Assembly (NCBI GenBank): GCA_963764165.1
Contig: CAVXRD010000002.1
Location: forward strand, 3,424,001-3,488,000
Length of the DNA: 64,000 nucleotides
Source of the DNA: an uncultured Verrucomicrobiae bacterium
GTDB lineage: Bacteria > Verrucomicrobiota > Verrucomicrobiia > Limisphaerales > Palsa-1400
Direction: 5' to 3'
Under the pieces are notes generated by a model that was given only the letters and a program-made list of their open reading frames with translations, was not told the origin of the DNA and made no database searches. Position 1 is the stretch's first letter. Each line of letters begins with the position of its first letter. Both the position numbers and the translations under genes were made by a program. Shown in pieces: positions 10,229-20,697 of the stretch.

Positions 10229-10785
10229 AACATCACGCACCTGAAGAATGGCTTTTGTATATGGACGGCGAGGCTTCGCCGGAACTTTCCTCCCGCCTTT
10301 CCGATCACCTGAAAACTTGCGCGGAATGCGCCGCGGAACTGGCCGCCTGGAAGCGCAGCGCCCGGAGGCTTCGCCAATTGAAATTTCCCTCCCAGCCACG
10401 CCCATTCGATGCGCCGGTTTTCGCCACAGTCAAGTGGGGGCTGGCGGCCGGGATTGCGCTTTTCATTGGCATCGCGGCCGGTCGCCTCTCCGCGCCGAAT
10501 GCGGATGAATTGCGCCAAGCCATCACGGCGCAGGCGCGCGTCGAAGTGCGTGACGAAATGCGCCGTCAACTCGCTGTTTTCTCTCAGCAATTGGATAAAC
10601 AGCGCAAAACCGACGAGCGGCGGATGATTGCGCTGGTCAACAATGTTCGCGATCAAAACCTCCGCGATTGCCTTGCGCTCAGGCAGGATTTGGAAACGGC
10701 CGTTTCAGTGGCCGATACCGATTTGCGCGCCAATAACCGGCGCATCAACGAAATCGCCGTGGCCGTGTCAGAAAATCAGAAATAA
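10225..10785 (+). CDS. Zinc-binding (HxxxCxxC) transmembrane anti-sigma factor
   Basis: HLKTCAEC motif, one TM segment (WGLAAGIALFIGIAAG), a coiled-coil tail and an ATGA overlap with the sigma gene. Confidence 0.8.
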   Translation: MKHHAPEEWLLYMDGEASPELSSRLSDHLKTCAECAAELAAWKRSARRLRQLKFPSQPRPFDAPVFATVKWGLAAGIALFIGIAAGRLSAPNADELRQAITAQARVEVRDEMRRQLAVFSQQLDKQRKTDERRMIALVNNVRDQNLRDCLALRQDLETAVSVADTDLRANNRRINEIAVAVSENQK

Positions 10786-10804
10786 CCGTCAGTTTGAAAA
10801 CATT

Positions 10805-11938
10805 ATGAAAAGATATCCACTTGTCATTATCATTGCCGCCGGGCTGGTGGCGTTTGCAGCCGCAGGCCAGGTGACCACGCAGCCCGCCGCGCCCACTCCC
10901 GCCCAAGACCAAGCGGCAGCCGCTCCCGACCGAGGTCAAGCCGCTGCAGCCCAAGCCCAAGCCGCTCGCGCCCTGGCCCAGGCAGCAGGCGGCCAGGAAT
11001 CTGGCTCCTCCGACGATCTGGGATCTGTCGGCGTCGCGGTGCCGGGTTATTATTCCGGCCCGGAGCTTGCGACTCCCAACTCTTATGCCATCTGGGACGG
11101 TGGCCGCGAAGCGGAAGGCTCCATCTCTGTCATTGATTTTAAGTCGCCAAATCAAAAGACGGTCGATGAAACGGGGGAAGATTTGAAAATCATGTCGATC
11201 CTGTTTGCGCATAATTTGCGGGATAAAACCGTCGCCAATGCCCAGGTGGATTACAAGCTGGGCATTCCGCTCCTCCTGAAAAACCATGGGCATTCTGTCG
11301 AGGCCAGCTACATCGAGGGCGTCGGTGCGCTGTTTTCTTTGCGAGTGCGTTTTCCGGTTGTGCCGCCTGCAGTCGAGGAAACCAATGCCACCCCCGCGCC
11401 AAAGGACTCGGCCTGGGCGCGGGCCCAGCGGGAATTGGCCGGCGAACCCGACAGAAATTTCCAATCGGGGCTTTTTCAGTCCAACCCGGAAGGCGCTGTG
11501 GAATTTCAGAGCAATCTGGTGGAAACTTTGAAAAAGCAGGTCATTGAAACGCTCGGCGAAGCATCCAATTTCCGCCACCTTGCGCCGAATGAAACCATCA
11601 TGGTCACAGTCACCGGCGCTCCCAACGCCACCGCCGCGGTAAGGGGCGCCGCCGTCTACAAGGTTGACAATGATCCCATGTCAGCGCAGCCGATGATCGG
11701 GACGACTTCGGCGAACACCTTTGGCAGTCCAGTCTCGGTGCGGTGGACCAGCAGCCACGGGCAAGGCCACCTTGGCTCCAATCGCGCTACGATCATGACC
11801 ATCCGCATCAAGCAATCCGACGCCCAGGCCCTGGCTGAACACAAAATGAGCCGCGAGGATTTTGTCAGGGCCGCGCAAGTGACGACCTATCTTGGTCCCT
11901 CCGCCCAACCGGAGGCTTCTGGCTTGCAGACACGATAA
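10805..11938 (+). CDS. Secreted hypothetical protein of the ECF cassette
   Basis: Signal peptide MKRYPLVIIIAAGLVAFAAAG and an Ala/Gln-rich linker. It follows the anti-sigma gene directly. Confidence 0.7.
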   Translation: MKRYPLVIIIAAGLVAFAAAGQVTTQPAAPTPAQDQAAAAPDRGQAAAAQAQAARALAQAAGGQESGSSDDLGSVGVAVPGYYSGPELATPNSYAIWDGGREAEGSISVIDFKSPNQKTVDETGEDLKIMSILFAHNLRDKTVANAQVDYKLGIPLLLKNHGHSVEASYIEGVGALFSLRVRFPVVPPAVEETNATPAPKDSAWARAQRELAGEPDRNFQSGLFQSNPEGAVEFQSNLVETLKKQVIETLGEASNFRHLAPNETIMVTVTGAPNATAAVRGAAVYKVDNDPMSAQPMIGTTSANTFGSPVSVRWTSSHGQGHLGSNRATIMTIRIKQSDAQALAEHKMSREDFVRAAQVTTYLGPSAQPEASGLQTR

Positions 11939-11976
11939 GACCCTTGTTCCCCATCCAACACAGCGCATGGCATAGG

Positions 11977-12015
11977 AAAAGCGGCCGCGACGAGGAATCG
12001 CGGCCGCTTCTCTTT
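11977..12015. terminator. Putative bidirectional rho-independent terminator
   Basis: 12-bp stem aagcggccgcga/tcgcggccgctt with A- and T-rich flanks, between convergent genes. Confidence 0.65.
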
Positions 12016-12052
12016 AGCAAATGGGCAACTGCGGTAGGCGGCTCGGCGCGGG

Positions 12053-12826
12053 CTACTGCCCGTTGGCGGCCCCCGGGTCACACCAAACCTGGTTTTTCTG
12101 ATTTGACCGGGCCAGGCGATCCCAAGTGTTGGTGGTGACGAAGGTGACTGATCCACACGCGGTAAGCACTAACCCGCCCGTCGCGTCGTGGCGGGTTCCC
12201 AAGGCAAAATCTGTGGCGGGATTGGGTGAGCTGGAACCATCATTGTAATTGTTAACTCCCAGAATCGGGCTGGTATCTCCCGGCTCCCACATGATGTAGG
12301 CATCCTGGCGAAAGTCAGCTTGGTGGAAAGTCTTTGGCGCGATGCCGCCAAAATCGCAGACCGCGCCATTCATGACGTAAGTTGAAAGCTTGTTGATGCG
12401 CATTTTGAAATCCGCAGTATTCGTAACATCCAGCGGGCAGCGGTAAACATTCACATTCTTGATGTATGGCCAGAACAGTCCTCCTTGATAGGCCAGAACC
12501 TGGTTTGAGGCATATGGCTGGGAAAAAATGTTCGGAGCGGCATCGCCCACAGGAGTGTAGAGCCACCCTGGAATCGGGTTTCCAGAACTATCCGTCCACG
12601 GCGGATTCCAATTTGGATACGCCATGTAACCCTTGTAATCGCCCACATACATAACCATGGCAAGGCCAAGTTGCTTATTATTATTGGCGCACTGGGTTTT
12701 AATCGCCTGGCCCTTTGCGGAGGCAAGCGCTGGCAGAAGCAACGCCGCCAGGATGGCAATGATGGCGACGACTACGAGCAGTTCGATGAGAGTGAATCCC
12801 GCATGCCGCTTTTGGTTCCTATCCAT
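12053..12826 (-). CDS. Prepilin-type N-methylation domain protein (PVC-type pseudopilin)
   Basis: [29 protein letters not shown]...[17 protein letters not shown] and a C-terminal RH..G......GSV motif. Confidence 0.88.
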   Translation of the reverse strand: MDRNQKRHAGFTLIELLVVVAIIAILAALLLPALASAKGQAIKTQCANNNKQLGLAMVMYVGDYKGYMAYPNWNPPWTDSSGNPIPGWLYTPVGDAAPNIFSQPYASNQVLAYQGGLFWPYIKNVNVYRCPLDVTNTADFKMRINKLSTYVMNGAVCDFGGIAPKTFHQADFRQDAYIMWEPGDTSPILGVNNYNDGSSSPNPATDFALGTRHDATGGLVLTACGSVTFVTTNTWDRLARSNQKNQVWCDPGAANGQ

Positions 12827-13224
12827 GCAGCCCCGACAGTGGCAACTTGCCCTGATCATGTCAATTAGATAAGCTCTGAAAAGGCATACCACAAACGGGG
12901 GATGCGGCGGGGGCGGGAGAAATTTGTGATAACGCCGGACCGGGAATAAGACGGAACTTTGAACAGGAAACCCGAGAGCGCAGACAAAAATGCCCTTCCC
13001 CTCAAACGATTTTCCATCCTCTCCGCGCCCTCGGTCTTCCTCTCGTGAAAATGCAATTCGGGCAGAAAAACAAAACCGGTTGGGTATTGCCCAACCGCCG
13101 CCGCAGCGGCTTTTTCATCCTGGGTGGCGGACGCAGTCCTTGAAAACTCCTGATAAAATGATTGTGTCGCAACCTCTTCTTTTTTTCTGTCGCAGGGCTG
13201 CTTCTGTGGCATACTCACCAAACC

Positions 13225-14100
13225 ATGAGTGCCTTGCGTCTGGACGTTCGCAAAACGTACAAGCTCTACATCGGCGGCAGTTTCGTCCGCAGCGAAAGCG
13301 GGCGCGTCCTTCCTGCCCGCGCTCCCGCCGGGCAATTGCTTGACAACGCGAGCCATGCTTCCCGCAAGGATTTGCGCGATGCTGTTTCCGCGGCGCGTCC
13401 CGCCGCCGATGGCTGGGCGAAGAAATCCGCCTATCTGCGCGGGCAAATTCTTTACCGCGCGGCGGAAATGCTCGAGGACCGGGCGGGGGCCATGATCGAA
13501 GAGATTTCGCGATCAACGGGCGCGGCGGAGGCCGAAGCCCGCGCGGAAGTGGGCCTGGCCATCGACCGCCTGGTTTATTTTGCGGGATGGACGGATAAGT
13601 ATTCCCAGGTTTTTGGCGCGGTGAATCCGGTGGCGTCGTCGCATTTCAACTTCACGGTTCCCGAGGCAACCGGCGTCGTGGCCGCGCTGGCGCCGGATGA
13701 ACCGTCGTTCGTGCCGCTGATTTCGCTGATGGCGCCGGCGATTCTCACTGGCAACAGTGTTGTTCTGGTGGCTTCGGACAAATATCCGCTGCCGGCTTTG
13801 AGCTTCGCGGAAATTCTGGCCACGAGCGATTTGCCCGGCGGCGTTGTCAACATATTGGCGGGGAAACGCGCGGAGCTTTTGTCGCATCTGGCCAGCCACA
13901 TGGATGTAAACGCTATTGTTGACGCCACCGGTTCGGCGGAAACGCAGCGGGTTTTGCAGGCCGGCACGGCCATCAACATGAAGCGTTACGCGGCGCGAAA
14001 ATTGACGGCGGAGGAGTGGTTTTCCGACGTCGCGGAAAATGCCTATTGGATTGCCGACACCACCGAATTCAAAACCGCCTGGCATCCCATCGGTTTGTAA
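13225..14100 (+). CDS. Aldehyde dehydrogenase family protein (short, deoC-associated)
   Basis: KTYKLYIGGSFVRSESGR, RGQILYRAAEMLE, DLPGGVVNIL and KTAWHPIG. It ends 2 nt before deoC. Confidence 0.85.
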   Translation: MSALRLDVRKTYKLYIGGSFVRSESGRVLPARAPAGQLLDNASHASRKDLRDAVSAARPAADGWAKKSAYLRGQILYRAAEMLEDRAGAMIEEISRSTGAAEAEARAEVGLAIDRLVYFAGWTDKYSQVFGAVNPVASSHFNFTVPEATGVVAALAPDEPSFVPLISLMAPAILTGNSVVLVASDKYPLPALSFAEILATSDLPGGVVNILAGKRAELLSHLASHMDVNAIVDATGSAETQRVLQAGTAINMKRYAARKLTAEEWFSDVAENAYWIADTTEFKTAWHPIGL

Positions 14101-14102
14101 TT

Positions 14103-15032
14103 ATGGCCACGACGCTCGCATCTGCACGCCGTTTTCAATCCATTCGCGAAACTGTTCCGACGGTTGATCAGGTGACCATCGAGGAGCGCGCCGCCGCCTT
14201 TGCCAAGCGCAGCATCAAAACCGGCGCGAAGCTGGCTGGCTTGAAAATGGCCGTTTCGATGATGGATCTCACCACGCTCGAGGGCAAGGATACGCCGGGC
14301 AAAGTCGCTTATTTGTGCCGCAAGGCGGTGCAACCCATCGAGGCTAAATACGAGACACCGAACTGCGCGGCGGTTTGCGTTTATCCAAGCATGGTGGCGT
14401 GCGCGCGAAAATTTCTCAGAGAAGGCTCGCCAGTGAAAGTCGCCTCGGTCGCCACCGGGTTTCCCAGCGGGCAGTATCCCTTGCGCACACGCCTTGAGGA
14501 AACACGCCGGGCTGTGGCGGATGGCGCGGATGAGATCGACATGGTCATCAATCGCGGCGCTTTTTTGGCGGGCGAATACGGGCTGATGTTTGATGAAATC
14601 GCCGCCATCAAAGAGGCGAGCGGCCCGGCCCATCTCAAAGTCATTCTCGAAACGGGCGAACTCGTCACCTGCGACAACGTCCGCCTGGCCAGCCAGATTT
14701 CCATGGAAGCCGGCGCGGATTTTATCAAAACCTCGACCGGCAAAGTCCAACCCGCCGCGACCATTCCCGTCACACTCGTGATGCTGGAGGCGATTCGCGA
14801 TTATTTCTTCGCGACGGGGATTCGCATCGGAATGAAGCCGGCCGGCGGCATTCGCAATTCCAAGCAGGCGCTCGCGTATCTGGTGATGGTGAAGGAAACT
14901 TTGGGCGACGATTGGCTGACGCCCGACCTATTCCGCTTCGGGGCCAGCACACTTCTCAATGACGTGTTGATGCAAATTGTGAAGACTGTCGATGGCAACT
15001 ACCAAAGCGCCGATTATTTTTCCCTTTCGTGA
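14103..15032 (+). CDS. deoC: Deoxyribose-phosphate aldolase
   Basis: MDLTTLEG, AAVCVYP, ASVATGFPSG, GADEIDMVI, LKVILETGEL, GADFIKTSTGK, KPAGGIR and FRFGAS. Confidence 0.95.
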   Translation: MATTLASARRFQSIRETVPTVDQVTIEERAAAFAKRSIKTGAKLAGLKMAVSMMDLTTLEGKDTPGKVAYLCRKAVQPIEAKYETPNCAAVCVYPSMVACARKFLREGSPVKVASVATGFPSGQYPLRTRLEETRRAVADGADEIDMVINRGAFLAGEYGLMFDEIAAIKEASGPAHLKVILETGELVTCDNVRLASQISMEAGADFIKTSTGKVQPAATIPVTLVMLEAIRDYFFATGIRIGMKPAGGIRNSKQALAYLVMVKETLGDDWLTPDLFRFGASTLLNDVLMQIVKTVDGNYQSADYFSLS

Positions 15033-15069
15033 GGCGGGCGGCAGGAGCAAAAATTGCACCCGCTGTTCC

Positions 15070-15275
15070 TTTCGTTAACCTCGCTTCAGCGAGGTCGGGC
15101 GCGGAGGAAGCCACAAGAGCCGTTTTAACGGCTTTCATAGCGCCCGTTCACCCCGTAACGATCAAGCAGCCATTTCGTCTCGGGCGGCGCAGACGAAGCC
15201 AAGGCTTGAAACCGTTAAAACGGTTTCTCCTCTCTCAGCCTCGGACCACCTCGCTGAAGCGAGATGTTAATGAAA
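15070..15275. repeat. MITE/REP-like four-hairpin element (TTAAC..GCTTCAGC family)
   Basis: Arms ttcgttaacctcgcttcagcgagg and cctcgctgaagcgagatgttaatgaa, with inner hairpins agccgttttaacggct and aaaccgttaaaacggttt. Related to 21700-23377. Confidence 0.75.
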
Positions 15276-15405
15276 AGAAGGCAAGAAAATTTCAGTCCCT
15301 CACCCAACGGAGGCAGCGCGCAAATTTTTTTATTCCTAATCAAAGTTGGCGGCGTCATCTTAGGCGCTTATCGGACCTCGCGTTTCGGTTGAAATTAAAA
15401 AAAGA

Positions 15406-16032
15406 ATGGCCGCTGGCGCATACATTTTTATTATTGTCGTTTCCTATATTTTAGGAGCGACACCCTCCGGCTTTTTAGTCGGCAAAGCCCGCGGCATTGA
15501 TGTGAGGACGGCTGGCAGTGGGAACATCGGCGCGACCAACGTCATGCGCGTGCTGGGGCGGGGGGCGGGAATCACGGTGTTCGTGGCGGATGGACTCAAG
15601 GGATTCATCGCCGCCCGCTGGCTGCCGCTGCTCGCGCTGGTTCTTTTTCCTTCTCCCACCACGCCCGCGGAATATCTCGCAGTGGCGGGAGGGGCGGCGG
15701 CGATTGTCGGCCATATCTATACTTTTTGGCTGCACTTCAAAGGCGGCAAAGGCGTGGCCACCACGGCGGGCGTTGTGATGGCGTGGGCGCCCGCTGCGTG
15801 TTTGACAGCCCTGGCGACATGGATTTTTCTAGTGGCACTGACTCGCTTTGTTTCGGTCGGGTCCATTGCGGCGGCGATCGTTTTGCCGTTTGCGGTATGG
15901 GGCTGGGGCGGCGGGCCGACCATGACTGGCGTAATGACGTGTGTGAGCATTCTCGCGATTTACAAACATAAGGGCAATATCCAGCGCCTGCTTAAGGGCG
16001 AGGAAAGCCGGATTGGAAAGGGCAAGAAGTGA
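15406..16032 (+). CDS. plsY: Glycerol-3-phosphate acyltransferase PlsY
   Basis: SYILGATPSG, GSGNIGATNVMR, GHIY..FKGGKGVAT and HKGNIQRLLKGEE. Confidence 0.95.
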   Translation: MAAGAYIFIIVVSYILGATPSGFLVGKARGIDVRTAGSGNIGATNVMRVLGRGAGITVFVADGLKGFIAARWLPLLALVLFPSPTTPAEYLAVAGGAAAIVGHIYTFWLHFKGGKGVATTAGVVMAWAPAACLTALATWIFLVALTRFVSVGSIAAAIVLPFAVWGWGGGPTMTGVMTCVSILAIYKHKGNIQRLLKGEESRIGKGKK

Positions 16033-17009
16033 ACGTGACCGTCCTCGGGGCCGGCGCGTGGGGCACCGCGCTGGCCAACGTGCTGCGCCAAAACGAACAC
16101 GCCGTCACCCTTTGGGGCCACGACCGCGAGCGCCTTGAGCAGCTTCGCGAGGCGGGCGAAAACAACCGCTACCTTCCGGGAATCGCGCTGTCAAAAGGAA
16201 TTATATTTCAACCGGACGCGGCGCGAGCCGTCCAGGGCGCCGAATGCGTGGTCATTGCGGTGCCTTCGAAATTTCTGCGCGAAGTGACGGGCCAGTTGCC
16301 GCAATTCAGCGGCCTGGCGGTCAGTGTGACGAAAGGGATCGAGTACGAAACCGGCCTGACCATGTGCGGCATTCTTGAGCAGACGATGCCGGAGGCAAAC
16401 GCCGCCGCGCTCTCGGGCCCGACACTCGCCTTGGAAGTCGCCAAGGGAATTCCCGCAGCCTCGGTCGCGGCGCATCCGGATGCCGAAACCGCCAGACAGG
16501 TGCAGGCGCTTTTCGGACGGCCCACCTTTCGCGTCTATACCAGCCAGGACGTGGCTGGCGTTGAGTTTGGCGGCGCGATTAAAAATGTCGTCGCGCTGGC
16601 CGCCGGCGTATGCGATGGCCTTGGTTTTGGCGACAACGCGAAGGCGGGATTAATCACGCGCGGATTGGCGGAGATGCGCCGCCTGGGCGTGGCACAAGGC
16701 GCGCTGGCGGAGACATTTTCCGGGCTGAGCGGCCTGGGTGATTTGGCTGCGACCTGTTATTCGCGCCTCAGCCGCAATCGCGCGTTTGGCGAGCGCGTCG
16801 GGCGCGGAGAAAAAATTGAATCGATCCTCGCCGCCACACCGAGCGTGGCCGAGGGCTATCCGACGGCGCGCTCGGCTTATCATCTTGCGCGAAAACTTCA
16901 GATCGGCACTCCTATTATTGACGCCGTCCACGCCATTCTTTACGAAGGCAGGAACGTCAGCCGCGCCGTGCAGGATTTGATGGGCCGCGAGCAAAAAGCC
17001 GAAGACTAA
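16029..17009 (+). CDS. gpsA: NAD(P)H-dependent glycerol-3-phosphate dehydrogenase
   Basis: VLGAGAWGTALA, TKGIE, LSGPTLALEVA, GGAIKNVVALAAG and GLGDLAATCYSRLSRNR. Confidence 0.95.
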   Translation: MNVTVLGAGAWGTALANVLRQNEHAVTLWGHDRERLEQLREAGENNRYLPGIALSKGIIFQPDAARAVQGAECVVIAVPSKFLREVTGQLPQFSGLAVSVTKGIEYETGLTMCGILEQTMPEANAAALSGPTLALEVAKGIPAASVAAHPDAETARQVQALFGRPTFRVYTSQDVAGVEFGGAIKNVVALAAGVCDGLGFGDNAKAGLITRGLAEMRRLGVAQGALAETFSGLSGLGDLAATCYSRLSRNRAFGERVGRGEKIESILAATPSVAEGYPTARSAYHLARKLQIGTPIIDAVHAILYEGRNVSRAVQDLMGREQKAED

Positions 17010-17133
17010 GCCCGCCCAGGTGCTCGGCAACGCCTCGCGTGGCGGGAAGCAGCAAGGGCTGATATGACCAGCTAACGCACCCTGAGCTTCCCCCGATTTA
17101 GTGGTCACGCCGTGGATTGGCGAACTTGAGTTT

Positions 17134-17988
17134 TCAGTGTTTGCTGGCTGAGGCCCGGCGCTGCCATGTTGACTCCGGCACAAAGCTTTGGGAAGACGTG
17201 CTCCAGGAAAAAGTGGTTCTCTTGTACAGTGGCAGCAAATCCCGCTCAGTGATCTCCTCAAATGCCCGCCTGTTGCCGCTTGTGGTATATACCCGGAGCA
17301 CGTTCTTCTTTCCGGAGATCAATCCTGAGAAATCCACGTTGCTGTATGAATACCCCTTGCTCGTGCTGGTCGTTTGTCCGTCCCCGTCCCACTTCAAACA
17401 ACGCAGGTCGCCATCTTCGACTCGATACATCTCACAGGAAAAATCTCGCGTGTTTCCTCCTTCGTCGCGGAACAGAAGCAGCGATGGATTCCTTTCAAAG
17501 CGACTTTGAATCAGCGTCAGCGAATATTGGTTGCCCAGACCATTTCCAAGGCAATGGGCCGCGAGCAAGGCGCCGTTTCCCGCGAGCACTAATCTGGCCT
17601 CAGTCTCGGTTGGCTCCTCGTCCGATTGGCTCACCAGCACCGCCACTGTGTTCGTGCCGTGCCAGGAGCCAGTTTTGCCTATTTTTCTTATGACGGGAAT
17701 ATGCGCGCAGGCTTGAATTTCCAAATTGCTGAAGACGTCGCTCCGCGCGGACTTTTCCTTGGAATTCATCCCGAAGCATAGAATTGGCAGAAGCTCATCA
17801 CGGGCTTTCGTCGGATCAAATGGATTGCTCGGCGGGATCGTCCATTCCGTCCTTTGTTCCAAAGGCGCCACCTCAGAGAAGCCAGAGCTGGGATACAGTC
17901 CAAGCTGAGATGAGCCTGGCATCGCGCAGCCGCAGCAGAGCCAAAGCTGGAGCATCACGGCCAGATAAATTCTCGTTTTAAGCATCAT
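17134..17988 (-). CDS. Hypothetical exported protein or possible lipoprotein
   Basis: 284-aa ORF with a hydrophobic N-terminus ending LCCGC. No recognisable domain. Confidence 0.5.
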   Translation of the reverse strand: MMLKTRIYLAVMLQLWLCCGCAMPGSSQLGLYPSSGFSEVAPLEQRTEWTIPPSNPFDPTKARDELLPILCFGMNSKEKSARSDVFSNLEIQACAHIPVIRKIGKTGSWHGTNTVAVLVSQSDEEPTETEARLVLAGNGALLAAHCLGNGLGNQYSLTLIQSRFERNPSLLLFRDEGGNTRDFSCEMYRVEDGDLRCLKWDGDGQTTSTSKGYSYSNVDFSGLISGKKNVLRVYTTSGNRRAFEEITERDLLPLYKRTTFSWSTSSQSFVPESTWQRRASASKH

Positions 17989-18027
17989 CCACCTCAGCCA
18001 CGACCGTGTGCAGAAGCCAGCGCAACA

Positions 18028-19179
18028 TCACTTCACCGAGGTTTCGGGCAGTGGCTTTGTCGAAAGCGTGATGGGGATCCAATTCAGCTTATACAACTGG
18101 CGGTTCTGATAATTGCCGGTCGGAAACAGAATGCAGTCCACTGAATCGGCGCCGGCTTTTTTCTGAAATTTCTGCGAAACAATCGGGACGTACCATCCGA
18201 TTTTATCCGTATCGATGGTTTTGAATGGCGTCCACGGGCCCCACGGTTTCGGCGCCTCGTACCAGATGTTGATGGTGCGGGGATCGTCGCGCAAATTGTA
18301 AGTGGTGTAATGCCATACCACCATCACGTAGCGGCCGAGCGCTGGAATATAGGTCATCCCGGTCATGCTGCAATTAGTCGGATTTTGCAAAATCGGCGCG
18401 GCTTGATCGACGCTCGATTTCCAACTCGCGGCTTTCATGCCGTCGCCGCCTGCAAAGAATTGCCAATCGGCCGCGTTGAGGTTTGGCAGCTTTTTCCGCG
18501 AGACGCGGCCGAGAATATAATAATCGCCGTCCTCAAAATGGCCGTTGTTGGCCACGGCATAGACGTAAGATTTGGCGTTGTCGACCTTGCCTTCTCCGTC
18601 CTTCCCGTACCAAACGAAATACGGCGAGCCGAATTTTTCGCCGGGAAACATGGGATGGGCCATGCTTTCCTCCGCGGTGCGCGTCCACGTTTTGCCTTTG
18701 TCGGTGGATTTGATGATGCTCGAGTTTTTGAAGATGTGCCGATAGTGCGGGTCGTGCGCTTCCTCTGGATACAAACAGCGCGTGACAAACATATAGAGAA
18801 CGCCGTCAACGCAATACGAATTCATCGTTTTCCAATTGGCGTGATCCGCCGCCAATCCAGTGGTGCCGTAGCCGGCCATGTCACTGATCGAGACGCCGTG
18901 AAATTGGGTGGGGTCATCTCCGAGGAGTTTTCCGAAAGCGACGCTGCGGTCGGGAATTCCGCCGAAACTCGATCCATCGTCATTGCCGGAATAAAGCGCG
19001 TCGTCGTCCGCCCAGGTGGGCGCCCATTCGTCGCCGAAACTATTCGTGACTTGGGAGTAATGGGCGTTGAATCGAACGTCAACAATCGGTTTGCTGCCCG
19101 AGGCGAATGCGGAGATCGTTGAAGCCAGTGCCATAACAAGCGCCACCGGCCGCGTGTAAAGATAATTTGCGGAAGCCAT
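18028..19179 (-). CDS. Secreted putative beta-propeller or carbohydrate-active protein (DUF4185-like)
   Basis: Signal peptide, GDEWAPTWADD, Asp-box STDKGKTW and YEAPKPWGPW. Confidence 0.6.
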   Translation of the reverse strand: MASANYLYTRPVALVMALASTISAFASGSKPIVDVRFNAHYSQVTNSFGDEWAPTWADDDALYSGNDDGSSFGGIPDRSVAFGKLLGDDPTQFHGVSISDMAGYGTTGLAADHANWKTMNSYCVDGVLYMFVTRCLYPEEAHDPHYRHIFKNSSIIKSTDKGKTWTRTAEESMAHPMFPGEKFGSPYFVWYGKDGEGKVDNAKSYVYAVANNGHFEDGDYYILGRVSRKKLPNLNAADWQFFAGGDGMKAASWKSSVDQAAPILQNPTNCSMTGMTYIPALGRYVMVVWHYTTYNLRDDPRTINIWYEAPKPWGPWTPFKTIDTDKIGWYVPIVSQKFQKKAGADSVDCILFPTGNYQNRQLYKLNWIPITLSTKPLPETSVK

Positions 19180-19215
19180 TCTGGAGTTTGTCAGAATGTC
19201 TCCCGCAAAAGCAAA

Positions 19216-20694
19216 TCAATCGGGATATTGAAATACCCAGTCGCCTTGCTCCCGATCCTGTGCGCCTTCGATGCCCTTGGCAGATTTGGTGAAAACTGTT
19301 TTCCCGCCGTCATCCGTTCCATTCCAGCCGACCGAATATAAAATGAAATTCCCACCCGCGGTGGTGCGGTATACCAGCGGTCGGCCGGTGATGACGTCGT
19401 GCGGGAGCGTTGCTGCGTAACGCGGAACAAGCGCAGCCAGCGACTCGGGGTATTTGCCCTCGGCCAATTTGCATCGCTCAAGCGCCACCGCGACCAACAC
19501 TTCTGAAACGCTGGTCTGTGTATAGGCGGTCTTCACAAAAACGCGCGGGTAACTTCGAGTTGAAGAGGAGGCGACAAAAGTGTGATGAACAACTACTATG
19601 CTGACGGGTCCGGCGTTAGTCAGATTCTGGAGCAATTGCTGGCAGGATCGGACTGCGCTCAGATCGATTCTTTGCGCGGTCGGATTGATGCACGGCATCA
19701 CCGAATCCTCAAGGACATGATTAAGATTGACCTCCTCCATTCGATCCCACCCGCGCAGCGGCAGAAAGTGGCTATTGAAATAGGGACCTGTGCAAATGTT
19801 TCGTTCGCCGCGAATGGACTTCGTGGATGAGGCGAGCAAGTCGAATTGGCCAAGCAACTCCTGCAATTGCTTGAGCTGCGCATCCGTCCAACGGTGTTCG
19901 ATCAAACCCTGCGCCACAGGTTGCAGCGTAATCTCCACGCAAGCGAATCCAACGAGTTGCGAGATCAGCAGCGGCCCATCGAGAAGCCCTTTGTCGCCCC
20001 TGCACAAAAGCCCGATGTCCTCCAAAGCCTGATCTGTTTGACCCGCAGCCAGTTCCGCTTCGGCCTTCAGAGATAACACTCTTGTAAACTGCTTCGCGCG
20101 GCCAAATGTCTCCAAAATAAGGGACTGCACGTTGGTATTATCCGCCCAATGGTCATAATCGAAATCAAGCCGGAATTGCGTCCGATTTCCTGCCGTTTTG
20201 AGCTCGGCCAACAAGGGTTCCTGCGTGTTTAACTCCTCGAGCACGATGTCGGCGGCTTTGGCTGGATCGGATGTGGGTTTTCCGTAGGCCTGAGCCCAGT
20301 TTGTGAGATCCGAGGAGAAACCAAATCTCCACTTTGTCCGGCGAGGCAGCTCAACATCCGCAGGAAGGTGGCTTGCATCATCCACTTGTTGTGCGTGCAG
20401 AACCTGAGGGCCGTGGCGAACGACCACGTTGCTGAGTATGAAGTTCTCGGTAAAAAATGGGATCTTGGCGAGGTTGTGCTCGTCAGGCACGCTTCGCGGA
20501 ACGACACTCGCTATGTCAAAATGTTCGCCTTTGGCTTCCAGTTCCTTTTTGTAGTTCGTCCACGCGTGAACGCCGCGCCAATTTTCCTCGGCGACAATTA
20601 AAGCGCCGAGCGTAACCAGGGCAACAAGCAGAAAGACTGTGCGGCGAATGTATTTGACAATTCGGGACGATTTCTTGGGTGCGGGAGTTTCCAT
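19216..20694 (-). CDS. Membrane-anchored hypothetical protein with GspG-like C-terminal motif
   Basis: N-terminal TM segment. C-terminal ALERCKLAEGKYPESLAALVP...ILYSVGWNGTDDGG. Third gene of an ECF cassette. Confidence 0.7.
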   Translation of the reverse strand: METPAPKKSSRIVKYIRRTVFLLVALVTLGALIVAEENWRGVHAWTNYKKELEAKGEHFDIASVVPRSVPDEHNLAKIPFFTENFILSNVVVRHGPQVLHAQQVDDASHLPADVELPRRTKWRFGFSSDLTNWAQAYGKPTSDPAKAADIVLEELNTQEPLLAELKTAGNRTQFRLDFDYDHWADNTNVQSLILETFGRAKQFTRVLSLKAEAELAAGQTDQALEDIGLLCRGDKGLLDGPLLISQLVGFACVEITLQPVAQGLIEHRWTDAQLKQLQELLGQFDLLASSTKSIRGERNICTGPYFNSHFLPLRGWDRMEEVNLNHVLEDSVMPCINPTAQRIDLSAVRSCQQLLQNLTNAGPVSIVVVHHTFVASSSTRSYPRVFVKTAYTQTSVSEVLVAVALERCKLAEGKYPESLAALVPRYAATLPHDVITGRPLVYRTTAGGNFILYSVGWNGTDDGGKTVFTKSAKGIEGAQDREQGDWVFQYPD

Positions 20695-20697
20695 AAA

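Noticed and set aside
15029..15454. 141-aa ORF between deoC and plsY
   Set aside because: It is translation through a palindromic repeat element with no protein-like features.
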